Notes under the pieces: generated by a model | Seen by the model: only the letters and a program-made list of their open reading frames with translations | Database searches by the model: none | Told to the model about the DNA's origin: nothing | Part shown: piece by piece, positions 1-14,535 of the stretch | How the letters are laid out: each line of letters starts with the position of its first letter | Position numbering within the stretch: position 1 is the stretch's first letter | DNA from: Owenia fusiformis | Taxonomy: Eukaryota | DNA: 64,000 nucleotides | Reading direction: 5' to 3' | NCBI GenBank assembly: GCA_903813345.2 | Contig: CAIIXF020000001.1 | Coordinates: 10,850,001-10,914,000, forward strand | Position numbers and translations under genes: made by a program

Positions 1-705
1 GAAAAAGCACAAAATCACAACATCTTCAAGGCTGTTCTGTTTGAAAAGATCTACATGTAGCTTTTGTGAGCTATAAATCATGGAATTTCAAAATCCACTC
101 TATCCAAACCATACCCATGGATTCATATGCAATGATAATATATGTACATTATTTTCAAAAATGAGTTTAATTTCTCAGAAAACTGCCTTATTAGGAAAAA
201 GTTTTCTATAAAGGGGCCCAAAATTGCTCACAACACAATTCCTGACGTAATTGTTTATAAAAAACAGTGCCCCACAAGCTCCTCATTCAATTTCAAGGAC
301 TGACCCCGACTTTTATAATATTTATAGTCTTGTATAATTAGATAAGGGCTTTATTAAATTACTCATTAACTTTATCTGATCAAATTGATAGATAACCTTT
401 ACCCTGGGTGTCAGTGCCTATTAATTAGGGAGATGAAGCTCTCTTTTAAATAAGCAAAATCAACTATTGGAAAGAACTTTGTAACAAAGTGCAGTAGTAT
501 ACTTAATACCATGTACAGTGTATATAGAAGTGTGAGCCAGCTAAGAGTATGACAAGGCATTTTGCAAAATGTCACCATCTGCCTGTCATAAACACTGACT
601 GCCAAAGTGCCGAACTCAAAATACCAACCACCAAATGCCAAACACTGACTACAAAAAGTTGGAAACTATACAATTTGACCATAAAAACTGTTTTTGTTCC
701 ATTGT

Positions 706-813
706 CTACTGCATGTACTGAAATACTCTACTGCATGTGCTGCAACACTCTATTGCATGTACTGAAACACTCTATTGCATGTGCTGAAACACTCTTTTGC
801 ATATACTGAAATA
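706..813. repeat. 22-bp minisatellite, ~5 copies
   Basis: Tandem CTA(C/T)TGCATGT(A/G)CTGAAACACT units. Confidence 0.85.
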
Positions 814-1981
814 AAAGTGGCCAGAATATATATATAGTTTTATTGATAAGAAGCTTGTCACGAATTGTCACTATTTTTGAAAAGTTGTTTTACATTAATT
901 TTTGCATCAGATGTCTGTAACCCCCTCCATATACTTCTGCTGTGAAGTTGAGGTAAATGGGGAGAGGTTACAAATAGGGTTACAAAAACTTCAAGTAAGA
1001 TTATTCTGTATTCTTGATTCTCCTTTCAACATGCCCTGATATGGAAAGTCAGCAGAACATCAGGAATAGCACCAAGAAGTGTTTAAAAGGCCAGGTGTTC
1101 ATTGTAGAGGTGTTGACACTCAAGGGTAACTTTGAGCAAAATGAAGCAATATGGTAAAACCTGTCAAAATCGAATGCCTCTGGGACCAGCCAAATGTGTT
1201 TGGATTAACAAGTATTAACATTTCAAGGTTTGGTTTTTTCAACTTGTGAAAGACAACAAATTTGGGACCAAGAAAAAGTGTACACATACACATGTTTTAC
1301 TGTATATCAAACATACTTCGTGGACAAATCAGGAAGGTTAAAATCAAACTTTTATTGACTTATACCACAAGTGTGATGGTTAACGCCCTTGATTAATGCA
1401 CCATCAAAATATCCCTAGATATGAACCAACAATAGTACATGCTATACTCGCATACTTCAAGATCATGACCTCAAGCATAACATCACAAAAATAACAATAA
1501 AATATTATTGATAAATGCTACCTGATTTTCTTTAAAATTCTGAAATAATTTGAGATGATGTTTCAAAGAATATTTAGAGTGTTTTAGAGTGTTTAATTTA
1601 GATGATTGAAATATCCGGCTGATTGTCAATAATGTAAGGACACATTCATTACACATTAGAGTGCCCTCTTATAATTCAATGAACTTCTTTTCACAAAAGT
1701 AACCTAAGCTTTACATATCCTCCTATAAAATATTTACATACATAAAAAGCATTGAATGCATTAGTAAATCAAGACTCAATATCAGTCTCAGATAACAATT
1801 TCCAGGATCCATTCAACACGGATTCAGGGAATATGTAATATAAGAATCCCCTTTAGTACAATGACCCTGCCCACATCAGACATTTTGGAGTAAAAAGACA
1901 TTAAGAGATTAATCTTTATTTCACCCTGGATTACTATTAGCGAGCAGGCATACTTCTCTCTATCAAGATTCTTTCAAAGTA

Positions 1982-2323
1982 CAGTTAAACCTGTTAAGTA
2001 GAACACCTTCATAAGTAGAACACCTTCATAAGTGGAACACCTCAATAAGTGGAACACCTCCCAAGTAAAACACTTTACAATGTTTTCCCCAGGATTTATT
2101 CTCAAGAGGGTGCAAAATCCTGTTTCTTGGTGAAAATATGCCTATTTACATGAATTCGAGATACATAAAGTTTTCTTCTTTTCAAATGAGTGGAAATGAA
2201 TTCTTAGGTAGGTGCAGGCCGACTTTTAAAATCCCAAGTGGGTGCAGTGCCCACTTGCTTTAAGGCTGGGGAGATGACTGCTTTAGAGGTACTAAACGTT
2301 TTCTTCTTACACAGGTTTAACTG
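1982..2323. mobile_element. Tc1/mariner(pogo)-type MITE with a nested insertion
   Basis: TA|CAGTTAAACCTGT...ACAGGTTTAACTG|TA, with internal TAAGT(A/G)GAACACC subrepeats. A related copy lies at 16324-16502. Confidence 0.75.
2078..2280. mobile_element. Small CA...TG MITE (hAT-like) with 5-bp TSD
   Basis: CAATGTTTTCCCCAG...CTGGGGAGATGACTG, flanked by CTTTA on both sides (2073-2077, 2281-2285). Confidence 0.6.
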
Positions 2324-5300
2324 TATTGATGCTGATTAGATTCGAATGATCTCAAATGCAGTTTGAAACACAAGTATCAAAAACTAGAGTGTCATCATTC
2401 TTGGACAATGTAATTTGATGACATAGAGGCGAGATGAAATAATTAAATGAAAGAATATAGATGATAATATGAAATTGATCTCTTGAGAGGTATTATGTTT
2501 GCTTGTTTGGAGGGCTGTTTTGATTGTAAGATATTTATGAAGTACATGTATGTCTAAAACTAATAATAAACTTCAAGATTTCAAAACCAAAAACTGCCTC
2601 ATGGCACAATCAGAGCTTGAATATGTCAAAGAATGTAACTATTGTCTCAAAAGAGATTCACAGGCAAAAACGAATCTAATCTGAGGATTAGGCTCAATAG
2701 GTAATTGCTCTGAGTATGAGAGGAAGTGAGATTTGTTTTCAAGCCTAGCTATTCCATTCATGCTACTGTACTTGTTATCATTAAGCCCCCTGAATCTCTG
2801 ACGTCAATTTGCGTGGGTGATCTAGAGCAAATACATTCATAAACAAACTCTAGGAAATTAATAGCCTTGCACATAAGGATTTTGACATTTCGCTCATAGC
2901 TCTGATTTGCTTTTAGCGGAGTTCTTGCCTCTTTGGCCTTTTGTTAATCTCCTAGATTTACACTAGGCTTCAATTCCATTCATAACTGGGCAGAAATTAG
3001 TCTAGGTTTGAACGGAAGTCGTTAACAATTGTTTTAAGTATGACGTAGGCTTTGTCTCCCTCACCCTGAAGCTGATGTTCAAGAATGCAAGACGCCACTT
3101 AAAACATATAGGTGAACACCTGTATCGGAAATAAGTATTATTATCCTTATAGTTCATGACCATGATGTGAAGTAGATTTATGAGGGGGGTTTAAAGAGCT
3201 GACTTTGGTTCACGAGACACACACTGACAAAAATCACACTTTACAAAGCAAAATAGCATTTACCCAGCTTGCCCAAAACCTAATCATATCTTAGCAGTTT
3301 TTTGAATTTTCTTGGCAAGATTTATATTGAGTTGGTCGCCTACCCACCTACAGAGGCACAAGCCAACAACAATACAGCACAAAGTGAGCTAAATGCTGGT
3401 AGTGTTAATAGTATTTTTTAATTACATGTAGTTATTTTCAAATTACAGACAAACAGTAGTGCACTCAATTGCTAGAAGGCTGCATCTTTGTTCACTCGGC
3501 TCAGGTCGAAACACAACGAGGACAGTGTGGGAAGATTAAACGCTGAGGAAGATCACTTTTATACATTTCACTGTTGCTTGAGCCTTGGTAAAGCAAGCAA
3601 CCTCTACTGCTACCTAATTTACATGACATCACAGCCATTCTTCGGCTACCAGATACGAACAAATATTGAACATTAATTCATCACAATTTCTACTTATCTT
3701 TAATTGTTTAATGAACGTTAAGCCCTTGAAATCATGGAAATATTTCATTCTATGTCATGTTCAAATAACATGTTCCTGTTTCCCTTGATATTGAACTTGC
3801 TACTGGCAGGCCTGGATTCTTGCTAATATTTTCATGATGGTCAACACTAAAATGCAAAGTAAAGTGATAAAACGAAAAACAAACTGGTATAATCAAAAAC
3901 ACTCAAAAGTACTGAATATAATCACAGAGAACATCATGGTCCATTCGAAAATATTACAAGAGAAATTACATAAAATAAACAAGATGGAGTGATCTAATAA
4001 ACACAGGTAAGGTGATATTCCAGAACAGAAGCTGAGAAAATTACAAAACAAAGCCGTGTATATAGGTAATCTCTATCATTAGTCGGCACAATCGGAGATG
4101 TGCTTGCTGTAATAGCAAATCATAGATTTTCAATTACAATGATTTGTACAGGTTTTATTCTAAAATTGTTAGCCAACAAATCAAATTAGTGCAAATTGGC
4201 CACTATAACCATCCTTTCTGTGACCAAAATAACCATCCTTGAAGAAGCTGAAATGTATTTTATCTTGCCTTTGATATTGTTCCTGCACAATATGTCCCAG
4301 AATGAATAATATAGAGTAAAATCTGTCTAATCTGAGCATCAATGGGACTAAAATGGGACCAAAAATGTTCGGATGGGCAGTTTAAAAATGGGACTAAAAA
4401 AGCATTCACATTGAGATAAGAGGTGTTTGGATTAGAGAGGTGTTCAGATACAGGTTTCACTTTCATTGCACTATTGGTATAGCTAAATCAAAAATGTTTC
4501 TCTTGAAAAGCCAACATGGCAAAAACCATGTACACGATGTACACTCCTAGACTTATTATATTTTTACTACTAAATTGCTTTTCTGCATTGCATTTTTAAT
4601 AAAATATATTATAAATAGCTAGTTCAGTTTCAAAATGTGAAAATCAACTTTAGGTCTACTCAACCCTGATAAATATGAAGACACAATTATACTTAATCAT
4701 ATAAATCTAATATAAAGAGTGTCGTAAATCTCATTTATTCTACATTAACCAGTGAGAGCACCCAATGATATAACTTCTAATACAATCAGTTCGCTTCAGC
4801 CTCTTGAATAAACACCAGCATAACAATGTCCTCATATTGAGTTCAAGTGTAAGCATTTACATTAAAAAATACAATGGGAAATGATAATTCTGAGTCACGC
4901 TTTTGCTTGTGAGAGATCTTCAAGAAATAATAGAGGCATGGGTTTCACTAGAATTTCTCACAACAGCCCAAATAAATGAAAACATCAGGCAAAATTAATG
5001 GAAATCATAAAAACATGGAAGAGTTGAAAAGTCCCTAAAACAACAGGCGATTTTGTGAAAACAATAGGTGAAAATCGCCTGTTGCCTGCTGCTAATGAAA
5101 TCCTGCTATGGTACCTGTCCCACAATGGGATAATTTTGCACCTATTAACATAATCTTTGCTATTAGGCAGACCAGTGCATAAAAATAGTCAAAATTCATT
5201 AATTACTAATCCTGGTCTAGCTAGAAGCCCTTGTGCGTCTCCCACCCCTCCCCCATACATACTTCCCCAGAAGTGATGTGATATGTTGGTGAAGTGGGGG

Positions 5301-8300
5301 GGGAGGTTCCACATTCTTTAAGCAAGATTTATTAATTACAGGTAGGTGCATTAGCTAGAATGTCGCTTTCTTTTAGCAGACAGATGATTCCAACATTTCT
5401 ATTATTGAAGGTAAGGACAAAAGCGAATTGTAAACATTGCTTGGAAATACTGACAATACATAGTAATCTAGCTTTGGGAATATTCTACATGTACAATGAT
5501 TAATGACAACTATTATGTTTGAAACTAAATAAACATTCTGCTTGTTTCACCTTTAAAATGCCACTTTATTGTATTGAAATGTTCATGTTAGATGGTAAAA
5601 TATCCACCACACTGTGTTTAAAAAGGAAGGCATAACACAAGGAGATTGCACCTGACTAGGGAGTTAAGTACATTTAGTACATGGGTGTTCATCACAAATG
5701 TTCAAATTCATCCCAAATAAAGAACAAATGCCAGTATGCTGATGATCAATTACTTCACAAAATGTACTTAATCCAATGTTTTCTTGCTTTTCTGAAACTC
5801 ATCACATTTTTACATTTGCAAACTATCAGTATGAAAAAACGGTATGAGGCTGGAATCTCTTATGATGATTTCTTGCATAAAACTTGAGTCTTAATACTAG
5901 CACTCTTTGCTCAGATTTGAGATCAGCTGGTCAACTTGACATTCTAGACCAGTTATCTTCTAGAAAATATACGCTGGGCCCTAAAAAGTAATCTCGTTAT
6001 TGTCTACCTACATCCCCCCCGACAAGATATTAATATTACACGAGCAAGTAATTTACTGGCTAAATTCTCTCACCAAGAAGTGATTTGTAATTAATGAGAA
6101 TTAATTTACCATTAATTGAGAAACATTGCTTTTTAATCATAATCTAACGTTACTCTGATCAATTAGATAAACAGTTATAAAATTCAGTTTAATGACATGA
6201 TGTGGAATAAAGGGTTTACGGGTTTACAGGTTTATAGTTATTTCTGGGATGGCTACATTGAAAGGTCAAGGTCACCGCCACCATACAATAACCTCAATGC
6301 CACAAGGCAATAACCTTGGTTAAAAAATTAATTTTTGATGATCTCCGAAAAAAGTTTTACTATTCCAAAATGTCTGGAGATCATTTTTCTCTAAGATAAC
6401 TCAGATTTAAATTTTTTCTTATCTCTTAACAGCCAAATAATAAACACAGCACAATGACAAGTATATACGTAATAATACATTTGCAACTACCTACCAGCCT
6501 CATATAAGTCCACATAATTTCACCGATTAATTCATTTTAGTTCGGAACGCTTTGACTGATCAGGATGCCATTCATTTACAGAGACCCTAATTGGCCATAT
6601 ATCAGCTGAAGTTGAAACTGAATACTACACGAGATTAACTATTTCCTAATGGTGGCAAAAATTTGTCGAAAAGTATTACTTGAAACATACAAGAAATATT
6701 TAATAAGAGTAAATACTTACTTACTTTACCTAGAGAGGATTGCTGAGTTCTTTCTGGTATTCAGATGTTATCTGGGAAGATGGTTCGACACATAAGACAA
6801 CTGAGCAAATTATAATTCTGAAAATACAGACAATGTTGAAAATGTAATATCATTTATCCAAAGTTTTATTTTGTGCATAATATTCATAGGTGTAGCCAGG
6901 GGGGGGGGGGGGTGCGATGGGTGCAATCACATTTAAAATGCTTTTTATTTGAAGCTTCTAGCTCAATTTTGAAGGAAGTTGCATCAATTTTTATAAAATT
7001 CAAAATAAATCTTATTTTTGGGCTTTATTATGCCACAATCGCACCCCTCCCCCTTTCAAGGCTTTTGAAATAATTAAAACATCTTGAGACTGATAGGGTC
7101 TGTTTGAGGAACCAATTTTATTTCTCTTCGAAAGATGGTATCAGGTGAATATGGTAAAATGTTATTTTTGAAAAATGATGGCTTTTCCAAAGCTGTATTC
7201 ACTGTGAGCTCATCATCTTGCAGAACTAAACTCATTGACCTTATTCCAGAATTAATATCTATACTTTCATTTAAACCAAACAGTCCGGATGATAATTTTA
7301 ATGCAATGTCGCATTTACTATGATTGATAGACAGTGAAGTTTGTTAAGGGATCTGCTCTTAAGATTTACCCTGCTACCCTTGACACTGAATCTGCAGCTT
7401 CTATTGATTGGCTGAAAATCAATGCTCTTCTGTTTATACTAGTATCAGTGTTGCCATAGTGAGGGTTGCTATGCAAATATATGGTATGCTCGAATTAAAG
7501 ATGATGTTTTTTTGTCTGAATATGATCTGAATTGCTCCTCTGGCAGATCTGAAACATTTCTTTATACTAAGAAGAATAGCACAAATTAAATGATCAATAC
7601 AGGATTTCTAGCATCGATTATTTTTTCTAGTACATTTGTTTAATTAACGCCATAACAAAATAAATTATTGTTGACGTATATCTGCTCTGTTGTTATGGTG
7701 TCTAAAGGTCAGTAAGAAATCAAAGTATCGATAAAGCGTCATTGTAACTTGTTATAGTGCAGCTGAAGTTCAAGCTGAATGACCAAGCAAGTCGAGTTTG
7801 AAATGTCACATCCGTCATCATTCACAATTCTTGCGACGTCAGTACAAAAACCGAGGTCTTGGAACGGGGAGTTTGCGTATGTACATTCCAATGCAACAAG
7901 ATATAAATTAGCCAGTAGCGTTATTATAACATCAAATCTGCCGTGATTTTATTCATTATTTTGCTTACGCAAGCTTGTTATCTTTTAATGATGGCAGCAT
8001 ATAGCCATTATTTGCGATGATTTTTTAAAGTAAGGGTTAATTGACTAGTAAGTTAATTGTGGTGAAATCTTTTTTTCATGCTTCGATGAAGCAATTTTAT
8101 TAACATGCTTTATGATATTTTTGATGCTTCAATTGCTGGTTATGAATCTTGGTAAGATTAGATTGGTGAATATTTCTTCGTAATTGACGGTGAAATGACT
8201 ATACTTTCTAGCTTCTATACTATATGAATCTCTTTACTTTCTTCAAGAACTATTGGGTAATATTAATGATGTACATTTTTGGAATCCTCCATTCTGATTA

Positions 8301-11300
8301 GACAAATGCCTGTTGTACTATATCACATTATGCCACATTATAATCGATACCATTTGTATGATATCTTATCACTTCCTGATTTTCAAGTATTTTACTAACC
8401 AGATATATTTATAAGAAACGTTTAATATTAAATATGAGCATGTTTCAAGTTGTATAGGTTCAAAGTTTATAGAACTTAGTGACCTAAGTTACAATAAATA
8501 ACATTGATCTTAATCAAAAAGAATTATATACAATTCTAAATAGTTTTATTCTAGACCTTTAATTTTTATTTATACAATACAATGTGCATTTATTTAAATT
8601 TGTTGTTAAGAAATTTAGCTCACCGTGTGGTATGTCTTAAAATAGTGGATGTAGTGGGCGGGAAGAGCCTTAAAAAATTTGGTAGGTTTCGTTATAAGGC
8701 AAGTCCTCTTAATAGAAATATATTATCCAAACTCTAAAATCTACTTGAATCGAAAATCATCCAAAAGCAAGATGCATATATGACCTTCATAAAAGAACCA
8801 AGAATGACCAATAGTAACATACAGTAACTCCCTATCAGAGAAATGACACTAACGATTAAACTATTAAGAAATTGTATTTTGGTATTGAACATACATTGAT
8901 GAAACAATGTCTGCAGCCATTAAAGGTATGAATTAAAGTGGTAACAAGGCCTGTAGAGAGAAAATAGGAATTTTTAACTTTTTCTGAGCTCCCAAGGCAA
9001 CATTTGGCTTAACATCTTCTTTGACATACTTATTTTCTTAAAATGTATGGATAAACTTATTAATTTCTGCATTAAGAAGTGTAAATTCAGTTCAAATCTT
9101 CAAAAAGGGGAAATCCACTTTTATATTTTTAAGATCCACCATGTTTGAAGAGAAATATCAGCTGAAATAATGTTTATCTAGGGGGTTTCCTTGTAGATAA
9201 TAAAAATAGATGTAAATCTTGATGAAATATCCAAACTTAAATATATTTTGACACTGGTCCATGATCGCTGCCTCTGCACTAATTGTTGCAACTTTAACAT
9301 GACAGTGTTGAACATCGTGACTCATAACATTTTTTTAAATCAATGACTCCCTTGTTTGTTCACCAGGTCCTGACAACAGAACATTTCAAAATCTTGTTAA
9401 ACAAAAATATGTCAGTGCATTTACATTTCTTTTGAAAGTGTAATCTATCACATTTTAAGAAAAGACCAAAACAAATACAAATTACATTAGATGTTCCACA
9501 CTGAAAATGCAACACAATTCATCTAAACCTCCGCCATACATCCTACAATTTGTAAGTACTTACCCAGAATAGGCTCGATGCAAATCGAAATAACTTGATT
9601 TTTGTCATGAGATATTCAAAAGTGATACTATACTTAAAATCTACATACAAAATCATATCTATCAAAGTATGTTTGAAAACTCTGAACATAATTTGCTTCA
9701 AACTGTGATATCTAGGGTTGATAAATTCAGTATAAAGCCTAGATCTATGAGTCTAAATCTATAAAATTTATAATTCAAGTGTAGGGTATTTTTCCGAATT
9801 CTGCCATGGTCTGCTATATTACCTGACCCAAAATAGCCACCTAGTGGTGAAAATGGTACATGTCTACAAGCACTTGTTGCAATCTTATTTTTGTAGCAAT
9901 TGCATTTTTGTTAATTTTGAAAAATAGAATCTAACAATACCTTGTTTTAAATAATATCACATGACTCATTGATCTTGACACTTTTTATACTCTATCGATA
10001 AATTTCCAGCTGTTCAAAATAGCCCCAGTTGTGATTCAAATTACATGCTATTCCTATCTCACAAGTTTGTACAATTTCTCTACTAAACATAAATTTCTAC
10101 TGTTTTGCAAATGCATACAAGATGATTCATTTTACATAATATTCTCGATTTCTTGCTAATCTTTCTCTCATTAGACCTTCTTTTCATTTATAACATAATA
10201 CTTTATCTACAGGTATAATCAAGCCATCTTCCTTTTTCTAAAACAGATGTATAATCATTGAGCTATTGCGAGGAAACAATTTAGATATATTGATATATTT
10301 ATTTTCAGTCCTTTGTTCTGGAGCTGACACAATAAAATGTATAGCATAATCCACAGTAACATGATTCTTCATTGATTTGAACAACTCCATCTAATGTGCA
10401 ATTGAAGAGTGGTTTTCAGCTTCAGCTAAGATGAGCAAATCAACACAAAAGTACATGTATGTTAAAGAATTTCAGCTTACTTTGAAAAATCTTTACCCTT
10501 TGCATTTGTTCAACTCTGCTTCTTAAAAGAGAGCTTTGTCTTCACTCTTTCAGTTTTCAATGAATCTCTGAATATGATGAGCCAATCAGATTTCATAGTC
10601 AAAATATGGACAACTTTTTTATAGGTCACTTCCTCTGATGTGTTCGCATATGAGTGCACAATTAAAGCATGTGGTCCTTCCAGCTTGCTGATTGGTTGAG
10701 AAAAGGCATGGTAGGTTTGAAATGATTTACGACCTGGGCACAGGCAACGATCATGGGGGCGAGGCTGCTAAACTGTAATATAGTCTATACTAGAAAGAGG
10801 GTAGTTTGTAACTAGACTCTGCACGCAGGGTAAGAAATCTTAAGGAAGGCAGAGTAAATTATTTAATGTGTGTAATCTTAATACAAATGTCATAAATGTT
10901 CAAGTCCAATAGTCATCTGACTAATGCTACCTTAGATTCTCAATATAAGATTGCAAGCAGACATATATAGCAGTCACCATTTTCTTCAATACACTACAGG
11001 TTATATTCAAACGCTTTGCTATGGTAACATTTTGTGACATTTATGGTAAACATCTCAAAACACGGACCAAAAAATTGATGATAGCAAAATATCAATTGGA
11101 AAAATGTATAATTTGTATGTGGCAGAAAAATTCTACCCTTTGAATCTCCAATGAAGAGGTTCATAGTATCTAAATAGCTCAGTGCTCAAGGTATAAAAAC
11201 TCAAAAGTAAATAGGTCCAACTACATGCCTAACATCAACCCATTCTAATTAGCATTTGCACTAATGGGGTACTCATTCTTAAATAAATCGATTAACATGT

Positions 11301-12429
11301 ATCAAGGGATATTTCAATAGACAGGTAATATGAGAATCAAGATCTGTAGGTGTCCGATAAGTCCACCCACCTTAACATGCGGAACATCTCAAAACATTAG
11401 GGGTAGATATCACTATCCCAAACTGAACATAAACAAAGGCAACCTTGAGGGAAATGCTCAGATACTGCAATACAATCTAAAGCCATAACTGAAAATCATC
11501 AGGCTTTTAACATCAACTCAAGTCAATATAATACCAAGATAGTTCTTCATCACGCCCTATCACCAAGATCTATCAACTAAGTGCACGTACATCATTTATA
11601 GGTGCAATATATCATTGAAATATAAATAGATGGGGCTATGTACTATGGGGGATAAACATGTATTCCCTACAGAGAAAGCATTTTGAAAGTATGGAATAAA
11701 ACAAATAAAACAAATAAAATAAATAATGCATCATGAATAAAACAATATATGTTCGACTTCAGTACTATAGGGACTACAAATCATATAAAGAACTTACAAC
11801 ATTTCGATCCTCAAGTTATCAGTAAATGAGATGGTCCATCAGTATTACAAAACACAAGTTCAGTTCAATATCTGGGAAAGTCATCTAAGTTAAGATACCA
11901 CTGCCAATTATTTCAAGAACGCTACAGTAGTAAACAACAATAACTACCTGAAGTGTGACGTATATTGCACTATTTTAAGATAACTTACAGCTGATGGTAA
12001 AATGAAGTCACATGGTATTTGATTGATTCCGTTATTCTAAACAGGAAGTGATGCAAAACGCAAACCATTAAGAGCTAGAAACCTGTTTTGGGCTCAATTA
12101 TCAGATTATTGATGGTTTTTTCTATGTTCAAATATTATGTAAAGAATAATAATTGATCAAGGGTGTTACAAAACTATATGTAGGAAGGACATAGCAGATA
12201 TAGTGAATGAATCGCAAACTATAACACCCACTACTGAATCTATACTGTTGATATTGATGGACTTTTGTTGTTGTTTTGATGGACTTTTTGTGAACCAGCC
12301 ATCTATGATCACTAATTCAAGAGGTAGCATTAAATATTCATCATAATCTGGGATAAATCAAAATTTAAAATAAAAAAACACTGAAATATTCAATTACATG
12401 TACATACATATCAATAATTTCTTCACCAG

Positions 12430-12765
12430 AGGCGGTGAATTTGTACGATCCGATCCGGATAAACATCGTAATAGTAATGATGCATTGTGGGATTAATCTA
12501 ATAATTAATCCAAAAATCGGTGAATTTGTACGATCCTGGGATTAATCTCAGGATAAATCTCAATCCACTTCTTGAGGACGAGTTAGATTACTTTTTAGAT
12601 TTATATCCGAATTTCAATGCAAATTGGATAAATCTTGGGGGTTCCCCCTCATAATCCTTGGATCGTACGAATTCAACAAATATTTATCGGATTAATAATC
12701 CAAGATTTATCCCAAAAGATAAAATTTATCCGGATTGGATTGGGAATCGTAGGAATTCACGGCCT
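12430..12765. mobile_element. PIF/Harbinger-like MITE
   Basis: TIRs AGGCGGTGAATT / AATTCACGGCCT in CAG/CTG (CWG) flanks, with internal GTACGATCC and GGAT(T/A)AAT subrepeats. Confidence 0.65.
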
Positions 12766-14230
12766 CTGGGATGACAACAAAAGAAATTTCAATGTCCATT
12801 GTTCTCTTACTATGATGTCATTCTATCCATTATTTCAAAAATTGATTAAGGAACATTTAATTTTGCAAATTTTCTGTTTATGACCCCCTTAACCAAAATT
12901 CCCAGGTAAAATATACATGTACAAACATTTCCCTTGATGATATTGGGCCAGCAGTATTTGAGTTATTGCTCGGACAGATGTACATACGGACAGAAGGAGC
13001 CATTCTCTATCCTGTCATTTAAAGGTGGCAGCTTGATCAGCGCCAGTAAAATGGAAAAATTTCTTGAGTCTGAGGTTCTAAAATCAATTGAGACCAGAGA
13101 AATTTCCCTTTTTGCCAGCTTTTGACATGTTACTACATTCATATACAACAGGTGATGCTCATCTTAGTAAAATTACATGGCAGAGATCATTTCTACATAT
13201 CTTAAAATTGTTGAAATAAGAGCAATAATAGTAAAAAAATTGTGACAAATTATCTTGTCACTCTGGATTTCAAGCAATTCTATACATGAATAGCAAGCCG
13301 GTGAAAGTGCAAGTGAGAACTAATGAATACATTAGCAACTTCATACCTCAAGCAATGCTGCAATACAGACACAACCTTGGAACAGAGTTTCCATGTCATA
13401 CGAGCCTGATATAGTTCAAATATCAAAGCATTATGTCAACTATTAATGGTTAAATTCAATGAAAACAAAAAATATCGAACAGATGGACACGGACAACATG
13501 GGACAAAAGGGACAACGACGTACAATGTCCATTCTGTCCTATGAAAATATTTTACTCTATAGCTCCCTTGATGTCCCATTTGGAGTATGAGCTAGCTTAA
13601 CTGTCAGCCATCTCAGACGCTAAGGTTACGGCTGTTACCTTTGCTTGATACTGATAAGTGTATATGGAGTTTATATTGCCAGAATATGGTAGGAAGTTCA
13701 ATCTAGTGGAGCCACCTAAAAAATTTCAGATAAGAAGCAAAACTCAAGGACAGGAAGGGAATGTTGTGAATGTAGATAATTGTCGGACATTCAGTATATG
13801 CAGACATTAGAGGTGTCATGGTTTCCCGATATTGCACCGAATTTCGATCCAGATGCTTCGGTTCGGGACATGGGACAGTAAGGGTTAATATTGGTATGGT
13901 ATCGGTACATAAATTCCTTCCCTAAAATGCATAAAAATGTGTATAAATAGCATAATAGCATAGCATAAATATTTTCTTTTAATGATAAAACAAATAACTC
14001 TCATCTTCGACATACGTTTTCTATTCCTTGGCAATAATCTTTCATTTGGTATCTAAGTAAAACCGAACCAACCGCCGAAAAGTAATTCGAATCGTTCTGA
14101 ATAGTGGGAATGAAGTACTTTCATTTTTGCGAACACGGGATAGTCAGCCATTTTTCAACATTCAGTTTCGAAACGATAATTTCATGCATCTTTTTGCGTA
14201 TAGCAGTCATTATAGGCTGTCCTTCGTTAA

Positions 14231-14535
14231 CTCATTCAATACTGGGGCAAAAAGCACTATAATACTGACGATATTTTGAAAATTGCCATATATGGTACCT
14301 CTGAAATAATATATATTGTATATACATGGGCATACATATATAGTGTTATATATCATTTTAAAGCATATGATATACTCTTTCAGAATGAATAGTTTTTTAA
14401 GTCCCATTTTATAAGTTGTCATGGTTACAAGATTCCCAAAAATACATTGGGTTTGTGCTTGGACTTGATATCACGTCCTTAGTAGTCAACCTATGTGCTT
14501 TATGACGTCATATCAAGTCCTTAGTAGCGAATGAG
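14231..14535. mobile_element. piggyBac-like MITE
   Basis: TTAA|CTCATTCAATACT...AGTAGCGAATGAG|TTAA (11/13 TIR match). Confidence 0.55.
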
